Positions 49,853 to 60,046 of a stretch of DNA of 64,000 nucleotides are shown in pieces; positions within the stretch are counted from its first letter, which is position 1; the number at the start of each line of letters is the position of its first letter. The position numbers and the translations under genes are program-made. This stretch comes from Sedimentisphaerales bacterium (lineage in GTDB: Bacteria; Planctomycetota; Phycisphaerae; Sedimentisphaerales; Anaerobacaceae), in the NCBI GenBank assembly GCA_963708075.1, contig OY970194.1, positions 2,816,001 through 2,880,000 of the forward strand, in the 5' to 3' direction. The notes under the pieces are model-generated. The model had not been told where the DNA came from. It made no database searches and worked only from the letters and a program-made list of their open reading frames with translations.

Positions 49853-52123
49853 TCAGTCTCCACTCGGGGATTTGATCAGGACCGGCTCGCCGTCCACCAT
49901 CAGGAGGATATCGCCGCTCAGGGCGATGCTGCCCTGCCGATTGTCTTTCGCCAGCTTGCGGGCCAGCTCGAAGTATTCCTGCGATCCGAACTCGATGGTT
50001 CGCACGGGCGAGGCCTGCTGCTGCCGGGCGACCAGCTTGCTGTCCACCCACTGCCCGCCGCGGCGATAGTATGCGTTGTCATTGACCTGCTGCACCGCGC
50101 TGATGGAGACTTCGTTGAGGTCAGTATCAAGGAAGTTGTTCTTCATATTCAGTTGTTCCTGGCCCTTCTGCCGAACGCTGTTGAGGCCCTGGTTGACGGC
50201 TGCCGGGCCGGCGCGTGACCGCATTGCCCGTGCGGAGAAATTGTCCATCGCCTCTCGGTGCACTTCGCTGACGTCGTGCAGGTCGGTGCCCTCGCGGGCG
50301 AGGAAGGCCGTGTACTCCGTCAGGATGCCGAACTCGGTCGATAGCCGCACGATCTCATCGATCAGCTCTTTGGTCTTGGGATCGTTCACGGAGGCGGCCG
50401 GGTCGGCGCCCATCTGGCGAACCGCGTCGATCAGCTCGGCGATTTTGCGGCTGGCCCACAGCCGCGGCACAAAACCGTTCTTCGCACTCGTCTTGTCGAA
50501 GTCGAACGCGAATTGGAACGTACGCTGTTTCCCGAAGAAATTGCCTGTGATCTTGAAGGTTACCGGTTCCTCGCCGACGTACTGGCCCAGCAGAATAAGC
50601 CGGTCGCCTTCGAACAGATCAGGCAGTTTCTCAGGCAGGATGTCGCGGGTCCGTCCGATGGCGGCATCGCCGTCACGGTCCGTCACGCGAAGTTCGGGAT
50701 CAGCCAGAACCGGGCCGCTCAACTGCTTGAAAACCCGGCCGACTTTGACCTCGACGTCCTCCTTTGGCAGCACGAACTCCACGCGTCCTCGTGACTCGGC
50801 GGCGATGCGCTCCAGGAGCGGCGCGTTGACATCGAAGCCGACGCCGAAGGTGAAGACCCGCCGCTTGTGCGGATTGGACTTGGCCACGAGATCGCGGATC
50901 ACGGCCTCTGCCGTTTGACCTACGGTCGGCAGTCCGTCTGTGAGGAACAGGACGATTGGCAGCGTCCCTTCGGTGGGCTGCTGGCTCAGGACCGCCTGCA
51001 GTGCGCCGTAAATGTTCGTCCCGCCTGTGGCGGTAATCCCTTCAATGTATCGCTGTGCGGCCTTTTCTGTGGCGTCGCTCTTGATCACGGGCTTGGGCGA
51101 GAACCATTGAACGCTGTTGCTGTAGAGGATGATGTTGAAGGCCTCGCCCTCGCGCAGGCCGGCGATGGTCTGCAGGGCCGCTTCCTTGACCTGCTCGAGT
51201 TTCTCATTGCGCATACTGCCGGAGCGGTCGATGACGAGCGTCACCTCACGTTTGAGGGTCGCCGCAGTCGACTCGCCCGTCATGTCCGCGGGCAAGCCCG
51301 CCAGCAGGAGGAAGTAGCCGCCGCCGACCGTTTTATCGGGGTAGGCGAACATGGAGGCGGTGACACTGTCCTCCTGGAGCAGATAGGACAGCCGGAACGG
51401 CCCCGGCTCTTTCGTGGCCTCATCCGTGATCTTCACGGTCACTTCCCGTCCGCCGACTCGCTCCATCTCGAGCTTGTGGCTGGCGGAATAGACGGTCGAG
51501 ACCGGCCGGGCCGCCTTGATTCTCGCCGTCACCTTCCACGGCACTGCGTATTGCAGCGATTCCGTGCGGGGCAGGATGTAATCGACGCGAGGGCCATCCA
51601 CGTCGAGCAGGTGCTCGTAGGTGATGCGGACCGTCTGCTTGCCGTTCGCCTCGACGGGGAACACGCTCGACTGGATCAGGTTGTATCCCACGAACTCCAC
51701 CAGCGCCGGATCGCGGATTCTGGACACGAGGCTCTCGTAGATCCGCTTGGCCTCCTCCCGCGGCAGGACCTGGGCGGTAATCTGGCCGCTCGGGCCATCG
51801 TAGGCAAAGCCGCGTACCACCGCCCCATCGGGCACGGGGAGAATCAACTCGGCTTCCTGCCGTTGATGAGTCCGGTTGGCCAGGTGGATCTCGATTGAGG
51901 TCGTCGCCGTCACTTCCACGATGTCGATCAGCACATCGACCTTCGTGATCTCGACGGCCCTCTCGTGTCGGGGGGCAAACGCCCACGCACGGCTTTGCGG
52001 AATGAGGACATTGGAGAAGGACGATTCGATCCCGACGTGGCGCACCTGTGCCAAGCCGCAGCGCGGCAACGCAAGTACGAAAACCATCATCACGGCGGTT
52101 GGGACTGCTCTGAACCTGTTCAT
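49853..52123 (-). CDS. Secreted VIT + vWA protein (inter-alpha-trypsin-inhibitor-like)
   Basis: EA.RIYESLV.R.RDPAL.E (VIT); VIDRSGSM, GGTNI and FLTDG (vWA); RLWA.RKI. Confidence 0.9.
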   Translation of the reverse strand: MNRFRAVPTAVMMVFVLALPRCGLAQVRHVGIESSFSNVLIPQSRAWAFAPRHERAVEITKVDVLIDIVEVTATTSIEIHLANRTHQRQEAELILPVPDGAVVRGFAYDGPSGQITAQVLPREEAKRIYESLVSRIRDPALVEFVGYNLIQSSVFPVEANGKQTVRITYEHLLDVDGPRVDYILPRTESLQYAVPWKVTARIKAARPVSTVYSASHKLEMERVGGREVTVKITDEATKEPGPFRLSYLLQEDSVTASMFAYPDKTVGGGYFLLLAGLPADMTGESTAATLKREVTLVIDRSGSMRNEKLEQVKEAALQTIAGLREGEAFNIILYSNSVQWFSPKPVIKSDATEKAAQRYIEGITATGGTNIYGALQAVLSQQPTEGTLPIVLFLTDGLPTVGQTAEAVIRDLVAKSNPHKRRVFTFGVGFDVNAPLLERIAAESRGRVEFVLPKEDVEVKVGRVFKQLSGPVLADPELRVTDRDGDAAIGRTRDILPEKLPDLFEGDRLILLGQYVGEEPVTFKITGNFFGKQRTFQFAFDFDKTSAKNGFVPRLWASRKIAELIDAVRQMGADPAASVNDPKTKELIDEIVRLSTEFGILTEYTAFLAREGTDLHDVSEVHREAMDNFSARAMRSRAGPAAVNQGLNSVRQKGQEQLNMKNNFLDTDLNEVSISAVQQVNDNAYYRRGGQWVDSKLVARQQQASPVRTIEFGSQEYFELARKLAKDNRQGSIALSGDILLMVDGEPVLIKSPSGD

Positions 52124-52226
52124 CTTTGTGCCTCCTGTTCAGTTGTCGGTAGCCTGCAACGAGTCGAGAGCCGTCAACGGCTCCGGTGGCTCTATAGAAT
52201 ATAACGCACAAAGAAGGTCCGGTTTT

Positions 52227-52290
52227 GTAAATAGGACGTAAAAAGAGGGAGAGCGCGTGACGACGCGGATGTGTGTAAAAAGTACGTAAA
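52227..52290 (-). promoter_or_regulatory. Two GTAAA-N6-GTAAA direct-repeat pairs, a candidate OmpR/PhoB-family binding site
   Basis: GTAAA at 52227/52238 and 52275/52286, upstream of the VIT gene. Confidence 0.5.
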
Positions 52291-52366
52291 AAAGGTAATC
52301 GGTAGCCGGTAGTCGGCTTGCGTGCTCTTCATCACCGACTACCGGCTACTGACTACCGATTACCAG

Positions 52367-55300
52367 TCACTTGCCGCTGGGCTTGGCTTCGTTCAGCACT
52401 CGCTGCCGGTTGTTCGACAGCTCCTGACGCAACTGCGGATCGTCCCGCGCCAGGTCGATCGCCATGTCCAGATGCTTGAGGGCGAGGTCGTACTGTTTCT
52501 GCCGGAAGTATAGATTGGCGATGAAGTCGCAGGTCCGCGCCTGCCTGTCGCGGGGCAGCAGCGGCAAGAGGCGTTCGAAGACTTTGATCGCACTTGCGAA
52601 ATCCCCGCGGCTGGCATGCAATTCCGCAAGGTTCGTGTAGGCCGTGTCCAATCCGGGCCGCCATTGGATCGCCCGCTCGAAGGCTTTGGCAGCCTTCTCC
52701 AATTCGTTCACGTTCCTGTAGCAGACGCCGAGATTGTTCCACGCGGCCGCTTCGCCCGGGACGAGACGGATCAGTGCTTCATACTGCTCGGCCGCCTGCC
52801 CGTACTGGCGTAGCAGCAGGAATTTCCGGGCCAGGCGGTCCCTCAGCTCCTCGGAATCAGGGATCCTCGCGACCGCCTCCTCCAGGTCTTTGATTTCCTT
52901 GCGCATTTCGTCCAGGATGAAATCGACGTCGCGATCCTGTGGGTTGGCCTTCCGGGCCATCTCGAATTCTGCGTGCATGGTGTCGGGATCGCCCTGCAGG
53001 GCCCCGACGACGCCGCGCAGCGTACAGGCGGTTCCCTGGGAATACTGTTGCAGCACGAGTCGCGGGTCCTCCGGCTGGTCCGGCAGCCGTCCCGCGTTCC
53101 TCACGCAGGGCAGCACCGGCGAGTAGTATCGGCTGATGGCCTGGATTACGTCCAGCCAGCATCGTTCGCTATCGCGCTTGATCGCCGCCCCGAACTCCAG
53201 GTACGGCGTATCATCCCGGTGCAAAGGGCCCTCGCCTCCCAGGGCCTTGAGTCCCTCCTCACCGACCACGAACCAGTCGAGCAGGTCGTACACGCAATGC
53301 ACGTTGATGATCTTCAGGTCGCCGGCGATGTCAGGCCGGGCCAGGAGTTGCCGGATGCGCTGAAAATCCAGCTTCGTCGGCTCCAGCGTTCCGAGCAGGA
53401 CGCCGTGCTTGTTCAAGCAGTTGTTGACCATCCACAGCGAGCTGTGCGGCATGGCCGCCTGGAAACTTCGCACGATGATCTGAAAGTCTTCCAGCCGCAG
53501 GTCCAGAGGCACCCAGCAGGACAGGAGGCCACCAGGCTTGAGGCGGTCGCGACAGGCCATGAAATGATCGTACGTGTACAGGGCCGAGCTGCCCGTCGTT
53601 CCCGGGTACGTCGAATCGTTCATGATAACGTCGAACTTCTCATTCGTGAGCTTGATGAAGTTCTTGCCGTCCATGATGATCTTCCGCAGGCGAGGGTTGT
53701 CGTAGGAGCGACGGTTGATCTCATCGAAGAACGAGCCCGCTGTGAAGATATCGGGACAGATGTCCACGATGCTGTAGCGAGCGACGCCGAAGTCCAGGCC
53801 GATCCCGCATGTCTCACCGCTGCCATAGCCGATCTGCACGACATCCTGCGGCTTCTCGTGGACGAGCAGCGGCACGTACGCCTGCAGCTTCTGGGTGCTG
53901 CGCAGCATCAGGTCCATCCCGGCCACGTCGATGCCGTCCACCGCGATCAATCGATCTCCGTCGGGCAGGTCGTGTACGGTCACCGTGCCCGTGGTCCCGT
54001 CCTTGATGTACACGATCTTGCTGGGGTAGTGATACGTGTTCATCGTTCGCAGGAATACATCCTGTGGAATGAACAGAGCACTCGCCGTGATGACTGCGGC
54101 CGAGAACCGGCAACGCCGCCGTCGTCCACAAGATGCCTCGCCGGGCCGAAAGCAGAATCAGGAATATAGCCGCAAGGAAGAGAATGCCGACGATCACGAG
54201 AAGACTGTTGCGCATCCCCAGCCAGGGGATCATCAGGAATCCCGCGGTGAACGCGCCGAAGACACAGCCGACCGTGTTGGCCGCATAGACCTGTCCGACA
54301 CCCCGGCCCACGACGTGCCAGACCGGGGCGCAGGCCTTCACGGCGATCGGGAAAGCCACGCCCATCAGCAGCGTCGGGAGGAACATGATGGCCATCGCGT
54401 CGAGGAAATGAGCGGCCATGTCCGTCCAGAAAGACAATTGCCCGCCGACCACGCGATCCACCACATAGATGTCGATGCGCCACAACTGCCCCAGGACCGG
54501 CACGGAGCCGGCCACGGCCAGCGCCAGCAGGAACTCCACGATTCCCAGCGCGAACATGGGGTTCTTCAGCCGCGACACCAGCAAGGTGCCGGCAATCAGA
54601 CTCCCTACGGCGATGCCCAGGATAAAACACGTCAACATGCAGGCGAAGGCATACGCGGAGGTCGCCAGGACAAACACCAGCAGCCGTGTCCACAGCACTT
54701 CCAGCGCCAGGGCGCAGAAGCCTGCCAGGAACACGCTGAGCAGGACCGCGCGTCGGCGGCCGGTCGAATAGACGCAGGTGGGCTCATCCTTCGGGCTCAT
54801 CTCCACGCGGGCAATCTCCTGGGCCAACTGCTCCCGCTTCGATGTGTTGCGGACCACTCGCCGGGCCCGCAGAGTGAAGGACAGGAACAAAGCGGCCGCA
54901 CCGATCACCGCGTTCGCCGCCGCCGCCATGTAGATGGACGCGTTCACGCCCCAGAGGCGGATGAGGAAGTAGCCCGTGAGGAAGCTGCCGATGACAGCGC
55001 CGAAGGAATTGACGGCATAGAGCAAGCCGACGCTTCGCCCTGTGCTGGTCTCCGGCTCGCCATGAGCCGCGGGAATCGCCCACAACGAGCTGAGCATGGG
55101 CAGCGTGCCGCCCATGAAAGCCGTGGGCAGCAGGAGAATGACCACCGACGCTCCGAAGCGGACGAGATTCAAGAGGTAGGAGCCGGGTTGGTAGGTCTGA
55201 TAGAACCACAGGTAGAATTGATCGGCGTGCTGGAGGATCGTCGGGAAGGCGAACGCGTAGGCAGCGATGGCCACCTCTAGCGCACCATAGAATTGCAGTG

Positions 55301-55535
55301 GCCGGCGGGATCGGTCGGCCAGTTTTCCGAGCAGCCAACTGCCAACGGCCAGTCCCAGCATGAACGCCGTCAGAACTGTGCTGGCGGCCAGCACGGTGTT
55401 GCCGAAAACCGTCCCGAACAGACGCATCCAGGTGATCTCGTAGATCAAACCCGTCGCGCCGGAAACCAGAAATAGTACAATCGCCAGCTTGCGAACAATA
55501 GCGACGGCAGGTTGTGCTTGCGTAATGGGTTTCAC
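52367..55535 (-). CDS. Fused MFS-like membrane domain / spermidine-synthase-like SAM domain / TPR protein; +1 frameshift at 54102-54108
   Basis: SGATGLIYEITW.R, LLPTAFMGGTLP, LYAVNSFGA, IGYGSGET, MDGKNF..FDVI and C-terminal TPRs. Removing one base joins LPV to SAAVITASALF. Confidence 0.82.
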
Positions 55536-55690
55536 GACGACCTCGGCTTATAAAGCGTGATGTGTTTCGTAATTTGCCCGATCAGCCTTTCACCGCCGGC
55601 CGACCGAGCGATATGCAGCGTCTCCTCCAGGGTCTTGAGGGCTTCATCGGGCCGGCTTGGTGAAGCTGCGCCGGCAACAGCCACCACGCA
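55532..55690 (-). pseudogene. Possible orphan C-terminal remnant of a TPR protein
   Basis: RPDEALKTLEETLHIARSAGGERLIGQITKHITLYK resembles a TPR capping helix; its stop overlaps the next start (GTGA). Confidence 0.4.
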
Positions 55691-55839
55691 CAGTCCCCCC
55701 ACGAGATTGTGAACCGATTTCCCCATGGGCCCCTTGAATTCACGGTCAATGTAACAGCCAACCTGGGAAGAAATTATACCCGCGCTGCGGCCACGGATCA
55801 AGCATTGGAAATCACAGAATGCGGGTGTGAGATTGGGTC

Positions 55840-56355
55840 TTAGGGCAGAAACGACGACAGATCCGTCGCATATTGGCGGAACTTCTCGGCGGGCAGGGTC
55901 ATGGTCTGCCATTTGGGGCTGCGGCGCTTCATGTGCCGGCAATAATCGTCCAGCCGGATACAGAAGAACAGATACGTGTCACGCTCGTACCTGAACGCAC
56001 CGTGGCCGTTGAAATCCACGTCCGCTTTTTCGATACGGTAGGTAAAAACCAGGACCGCCTCGTGATCTGCGCCGAGGGCTTGTCTCCAGGTTCGCAGGCT
56101 CTCAATGTCGTCGGCGGTGGCCCAGCAATCGAAGCCCTTGAGTCCCGCCAGTGTCGTGCCGTGGAATGTCCGCCCTTTGACCTCGACAATCACCTTCCTG
56201 TCGGGTTGGGGGTAGAGCAGGAAGTCGAAATTCTTGACGGATGCCGGGGGCAGCCCCGGCCGCTTGTGTTCCTCCGCACGAACGTACGGAATGCGACGGT
56301 CGATCAGCCAGTTCTCGAACGCTCGCTCGTAGTGGTTGGGAGAGAACTCTTTCAT
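55840..56355 (-). CDS. HYExAFE-family protein (PD-(D/E)XK nuclease-like)
   Basis: NHYERAFE, KNFDFLL and VEVKGR. Confidence 0.8.
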   Translation of the reverse strand: MKEFSPNHYERAFENWLIDRRIPYVRAEEHKRPGLPPASVKNFDFLLYPQPDRKVIVEVKGRTFHGTTLAGLKGFDCWATADDIESLRTWRQALGADHEAVLVFTYRIEKADVDFNGHGAFRYERDTYLFFCIRLDDYCRHMKRRSPKWQTMTLPAEKFRQYATDLSSFLP

Positions 56356-56402
56356 CGAATTCGCATCCCCGTTCTCTCAATTGCGGACTCAAGACTCAGG
56401 AT

Positions 56403-56496
56403 GGGTGGCAGCGGCAAGCGGAGCTTGCCGATGGCTCGTGGGATATGCGTCAACACCATCGGCAAGCTCCGAAGACTCCGCTTGCCGCTGCCACCC
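56403..56496. repeat. Palindromic repeat, family A
   Basis: GGGTGGCAGCGGCAAGC...GCTTGCCGCTGCCACCC. Confidence 0.9.
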
Positions 56497-56523
56497 ACGG
56501 CTCTCACCTTGACAGCGCCGATC

Positions 56524-57823
56524 TCAGGCACTCAGGCCCGCCAGGAACTGCTCGGCATTCACAAGTTGCTGCTCCCCGGTCGCCATGTCTTTCACGACAA
56601 GTTGTCTCTTGTCGATATACTCCTGCCCGAAGATTATACACTTCTTCGCATTCTGCCCGGCCCCCTCCTTGAGTTGCTTGGAGAGATTGCCGAGTTTGTA
56701 GGTGATGTTGGCTGAGTGGCCTCTTGAGCGAATCTGCGCCGTCACGCGGTACATTTCCTTGGTGAAGACCGGATTCTGCTCAGCAAATGCCACGAAGTAC
56801 TCAAGCTCTCGCTTGGGCACCTGCTTCTCCAGCAATCCTTTCTCCTGAAGCAGGATCTCCAGCACGGCGTCACCCATGCCCATCCCAGTGGCGGATATGG
56901 TGGGCCCGCCGAAATCCCGCAGCAGGTTGTCGTAGCGTCCTCCACCGCAAATCGCCCTCAGTTCCCCGGCGACATCGTGCACCTCAAAGACCATGCCTGT
57001 GTAGTACGCCAAGCCGCGCACGATGCTCGGGTCAAAGCAGCAATAGTCGCTGACCTCCATCCAGTCAAGAATGGCGAATATCTTCTTGAGGTCACGAACA
57101 GCATCAAGGACCTGCTCGTTCGCACCTGCCGTTTCCTCCACCCGCTCGATGGAGTCGAGGGACATGAAGTCCAGAATCCGGCGGGCCTGATTCGCGTCGG
57201 GCACCTGCTCGGCCAGTATCGCCTGGAACGTCTCCGGCGGCAGCTTCGGTTTCTTGTCGAGCACGGCATAGAGTGGATCGAGCTTGTCCGCCGGGATTCC
57301 GATGTTCGCAAGGACCGCCGCCAGGAGCTTGCGGCTGGAGATCTTGGCCCGGATGTCACTGGGGGTCAGACCGACCGTGCGCAGATAATCCAGGGTCGTG
57401 AAGATGACCTCGGCATCGGCCTGCCCGCTCCCATCGCCAATGATATCGAGGTTCCACTGGAAGAACTCGCGGAGCCGGCCCTTCTGCGGTTTCTCCGCGC
57501 GGCACAGGCGGGGCACGGAGAACCACTTGATCGGCCGGGGCAGAGCGTTGATCTGCTGATTGACCATGCGGGCCAGCGTCGGCGTGATCTCGGGCCGAAT
57601 CGCCAGGTCCCGGCCGCCGCGGTCCTGCAGCGAGAACAACTGTTCCACGATCTCCTGCCCGCTCTTGATCTGGTACATGGACAGATACTCGAAGATCGGG
57701 CCGTCATATTCCTCAAAGCCGTTGCGAATCGAGAACCTTCTTCCAACCGTCAATGATCCAGTTGCGGCGGGCCATGTCCGGTGGATAGAAATCCCTTGTC
57801 CCCTTGACCGGCGGTATCTTCAT
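56524..57823 (-). CDS. hisS: Histidine--tRNA ligase; +1 frameshift at 57731-57737, probably an artefact
   Basis: The N-terminus MKIPPVKGTRDFYP starts at 57823 in another frame; RPEITP, RAEKPQKGRLREFFQ, RGLAYYTG and GGGRYD follow. Confidence 0.93.
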
Positions 57824-58224
57824 GCCTTGCTCTTCCTGGCGTTCTTCACCATCTTGCGTTTCTCCGTGACATTGTTGTCGAACTTGATGCGGATGTACTC
57901 GTCCATCTCCCGGTCACTGGTGAAATGGAGCTCGTAATCGTACTCGCCCGGGACCGCGTCACAGTCCCCGTGCCTGTACTTGCGGCAGATTTTCGGCCGC
58001 CTGTCGTAAATCAGGCACTTGTGGTTCTTTTCCGACAGATGCCGGCACTTCCTGCTCACACTGAGATACCAATCCCCATCCTCGACAAAGATTGAGATAT
58101 CCTCGTGGCTAAGATACCAACGAATATCATCGTAGTCTTCTCTCGTCTCAGGTGTCTCAATGGGAAGCGCAAAGTACCGGCAGCACAAGCCCGTACACTT
58201 CTCGCACTGCCCTTTCGCAGCCAT
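57820..58224 (-). CDS. YkgJ-family CxxCxxCC zinc/iron-chelating protein
   Basis: CEKCTGLCC...CRHL...CLIYDRRPKICRKY; ATGA overlap with hisS. Confidence 0.85.
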   Translation of the reverse strand: MAAKGQCEKCTGLCCRYFALPIETPETREDYDDIRWYLSHEDISIFVEDGDWYLSVSRKCRHLSEKNHKCLIYDRRPKICRKYRHGDCDAVPGEYDYELHFTSDREMDEYIRIKFDNNVTEKRKMVKNARKSKA

Positions 58225-58368
58225 CTGTAGATCCTCGTATCTGTCATCATAGGCATACTCTCTTCACGAAACCGTTACTATATGCCATGCCCCCTGTATC
58301 GTCAACAGAGGCAAGTGCTGCCTCCGGGGACGTGCGCGACTACGCTTCGTGGGGGAGCTGTCCGGATT

Positions 58369-58489
58369 TATCATGCTGAGTGAAGCGAAGCATCTGGCCC
58401 ACGAATGAAACCAACGCTTGTTCCCTTGCACAGCGGAGATCCTTCGCTGGCGCTCAGGGCCTGCCCTGAGCATAGTCGAAGGGATGACA
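58369..58489. repeat. Palindromic repeat, family C
   Basis: TCATGCTGAGTGAAGCGAAGCATCT...AGATCCTTCGCTGGCGCTCAGGGCCTGCCCTGAGCATAGTCGAAGGGATGACA. Confidence 0.7.
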
Positions 58490-58764
58490 GGATGGATACA
58501 CGGCCCCCCCCCACGAAGATTAGCCGCACACCCGGGGCGCCGCCTGTGAGGTTTTCCCAGTGCCGGGATGGGTGTTCAGCCGGCGTACGGAGAGAAGAAC
58601 AAAAAAAATCGCAAAAATCGAAGCTCGACCTGTAACGTTTTCCTCTGTGCACAGACCTACAAGTGAAAGCTTCGCGGGCCTCTGCGAAGGCCATGCGAAG
58701 TGTGCTACGCGTGGTTTCCTCCACACGAAGGTGGGCTGCACAGAGAAAAAAGGACAAACGCCCA

Positions 58765-58815
58765 TGCGGCCCCGCTGGTCCCTGGACCCGACCCGGCGGG
58801 GCCGCACCTTCCTTC
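58765..58815 (+). terminator. GC-rich hairpin, possible terminator
   Basis: 14-bp stem TGCGGCCCCGCTGG/CCGGCGGGGCCGCA followed by a pyrimidine tract. Confidence 0.45.
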
Positions 58816-58865
58816 GCTCGTCTTGATCCCCGACGGGAAGATCCGTGAAAAGCGATGCATTTTCT

Positions 58866-58954
58866 GGGTGGCAGCGTCAAGGCCGAAGGCCTTGGCGATG
58901 GCCGTATCGCATCCCAACAAGACCATCGCCAAGCTTCGCTTGACGCTGCCACCC
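58866..58954. repeat. Palindromic repeat, family A
   Basis: GGGTGGCAGCGTCAAG...CTTGACGCTGCCACCC. Confidence 0.9.
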
Positions 58955-59001
58955 GTCGTATTTCACGAGGCGGTAATCCCCCCGACATTCTGTTTGGTCT
59001 C

Positions 59002-60015
59002 TCACGCACACCAGGGACGGGTACGCTTGATATCGCCCGCGAGGACATTCTGCGCGATGATGGTGTCCTCGCGCACCTGGAAATCGAACATGCCCACGCA
59101 GAGGAAGTCCGCGCCGCCCTCGAAGGCGAATTTGAAGCCTTCCTGCGGTCGAACCGCTCCGGCGGCCAGAACCTTGAACGCGATCCACGGCTGCTTCAGG
59201 GTCGCCATGTATTCGATGGTTTCCTGGGGATTGCGGCAGTACATGTTGTCGTGGTACTGGTTGTGATCATTGCTGCCGGGCCCGACCACATCGAACACCT
59301 TGCGGTTCTCCTTGGGTGTGGCGGACCAGTAGTTGTCCGGGTGGAGCGTCTTGACCCAGAAATCCGGCTGGAAACCGGCGTTTACACAGGCCTTGATCGT
59401 CTCCAGATCGTGTGCACCGAGCCCGCCGGGGACATTGAGACTCTTGATATAGTCCAGCGCCTCGCCGAGAGCTGCCGTCTTGCCATCACGCACAGCCTGG
59501 TCGGCCAAGCCGCCCTGGAAGTACACGGCGTGGGCCCCGCTATCGACGGACCGCTTGATGCCCTCCTTGATGTCCTTGCCCGAGGCACAATCGGAGAACC
59601 ACTGAATCTTGCCGCCCCGCTCGTTCCAGTAGCGGTTGATCACCTTGTCGGAGACGGGATTGGTCAGAACCGTATTGATTCCACGCTCCTCGGCTATTTC
59701 CAGCGTTTCCATCACCTTCTCATCGGTATGGTAGGCCTTCACGAGCGAGCTGACATACATCAGGTCCCGGCTGTGGGCCCAGCCGCCAATGAGGTTGCCG
59801 CCGCAGAAGATCCGGCTGACCGTCAGGTTCTTGATCTTGCCGCAGGGCATCTTGCTATCGGAGGTTTTGGCCTTCTCATCGCCCGGCTTGCCGCCTTCGG
59901 CCATTTTTGCCAGCAGGTTCTTCTCCTCAAAGCTGCTCAGCCCCAGGGCCACGCCTGCCGATGCCGCCACCGATCCCTTGATGAATCCGCGTCGATTGAC
60001 TTCTCTCTCCGACAT
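59002..60015 (-). CDS. Tat-exported aldo/keto-reductase-like protein, paralogue 2
   Basis: NRRGFIK leader; VSRIFCGGN, GINT and IAFKVLAAG...VGMFDFQ. Confidence 0.7.
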   Translation of the reverse strand: MSEREVNRRGFIKGSVAASAGVALGLSSFEEKNLLAKMAEGGKPGDEKAKTSDSKMPCGKIKNLTVSRIFCGGNLIGGWAHSRDLMYVSSLVKAYHTDEKVMETLEIAEERGINTVLTNPVSDKVINRYWNERGGKIQWFSDCASGKDIKEGIKRSVDSGAHAVYFQGGLADQAVRDGKTAALGEALDYIKSLNVPGGLGAHDLETIKACVNAGFQPDFWVKTLHPDNYWSATPKENRKVFDVVGPGSNDHNQYHDNMYCRNPQETIEYMATLKQPWIAFKVLAAGAVRPQEGFKFAFEGGADFLCVGMFDFQVREDTIIAQNVLAGDIKRTRPWCA

Positions 60016-60046
60016 AACCCACTCCTTCTCAATAAGGCTCGTAAAT

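Noticed and set aside
56524..57823. hisS as a true pseudogene or programmed frameshift
   Set aside because: It is an essential gene that is otherwise intact, has no slippery site, and shares the indel motif with three unrelated genes.
25590..58954. Family-A repeats as a CRISPR array
   Set aside because: They are dispersed rather than tandem, have no regular spacers, and no cas genes are present.
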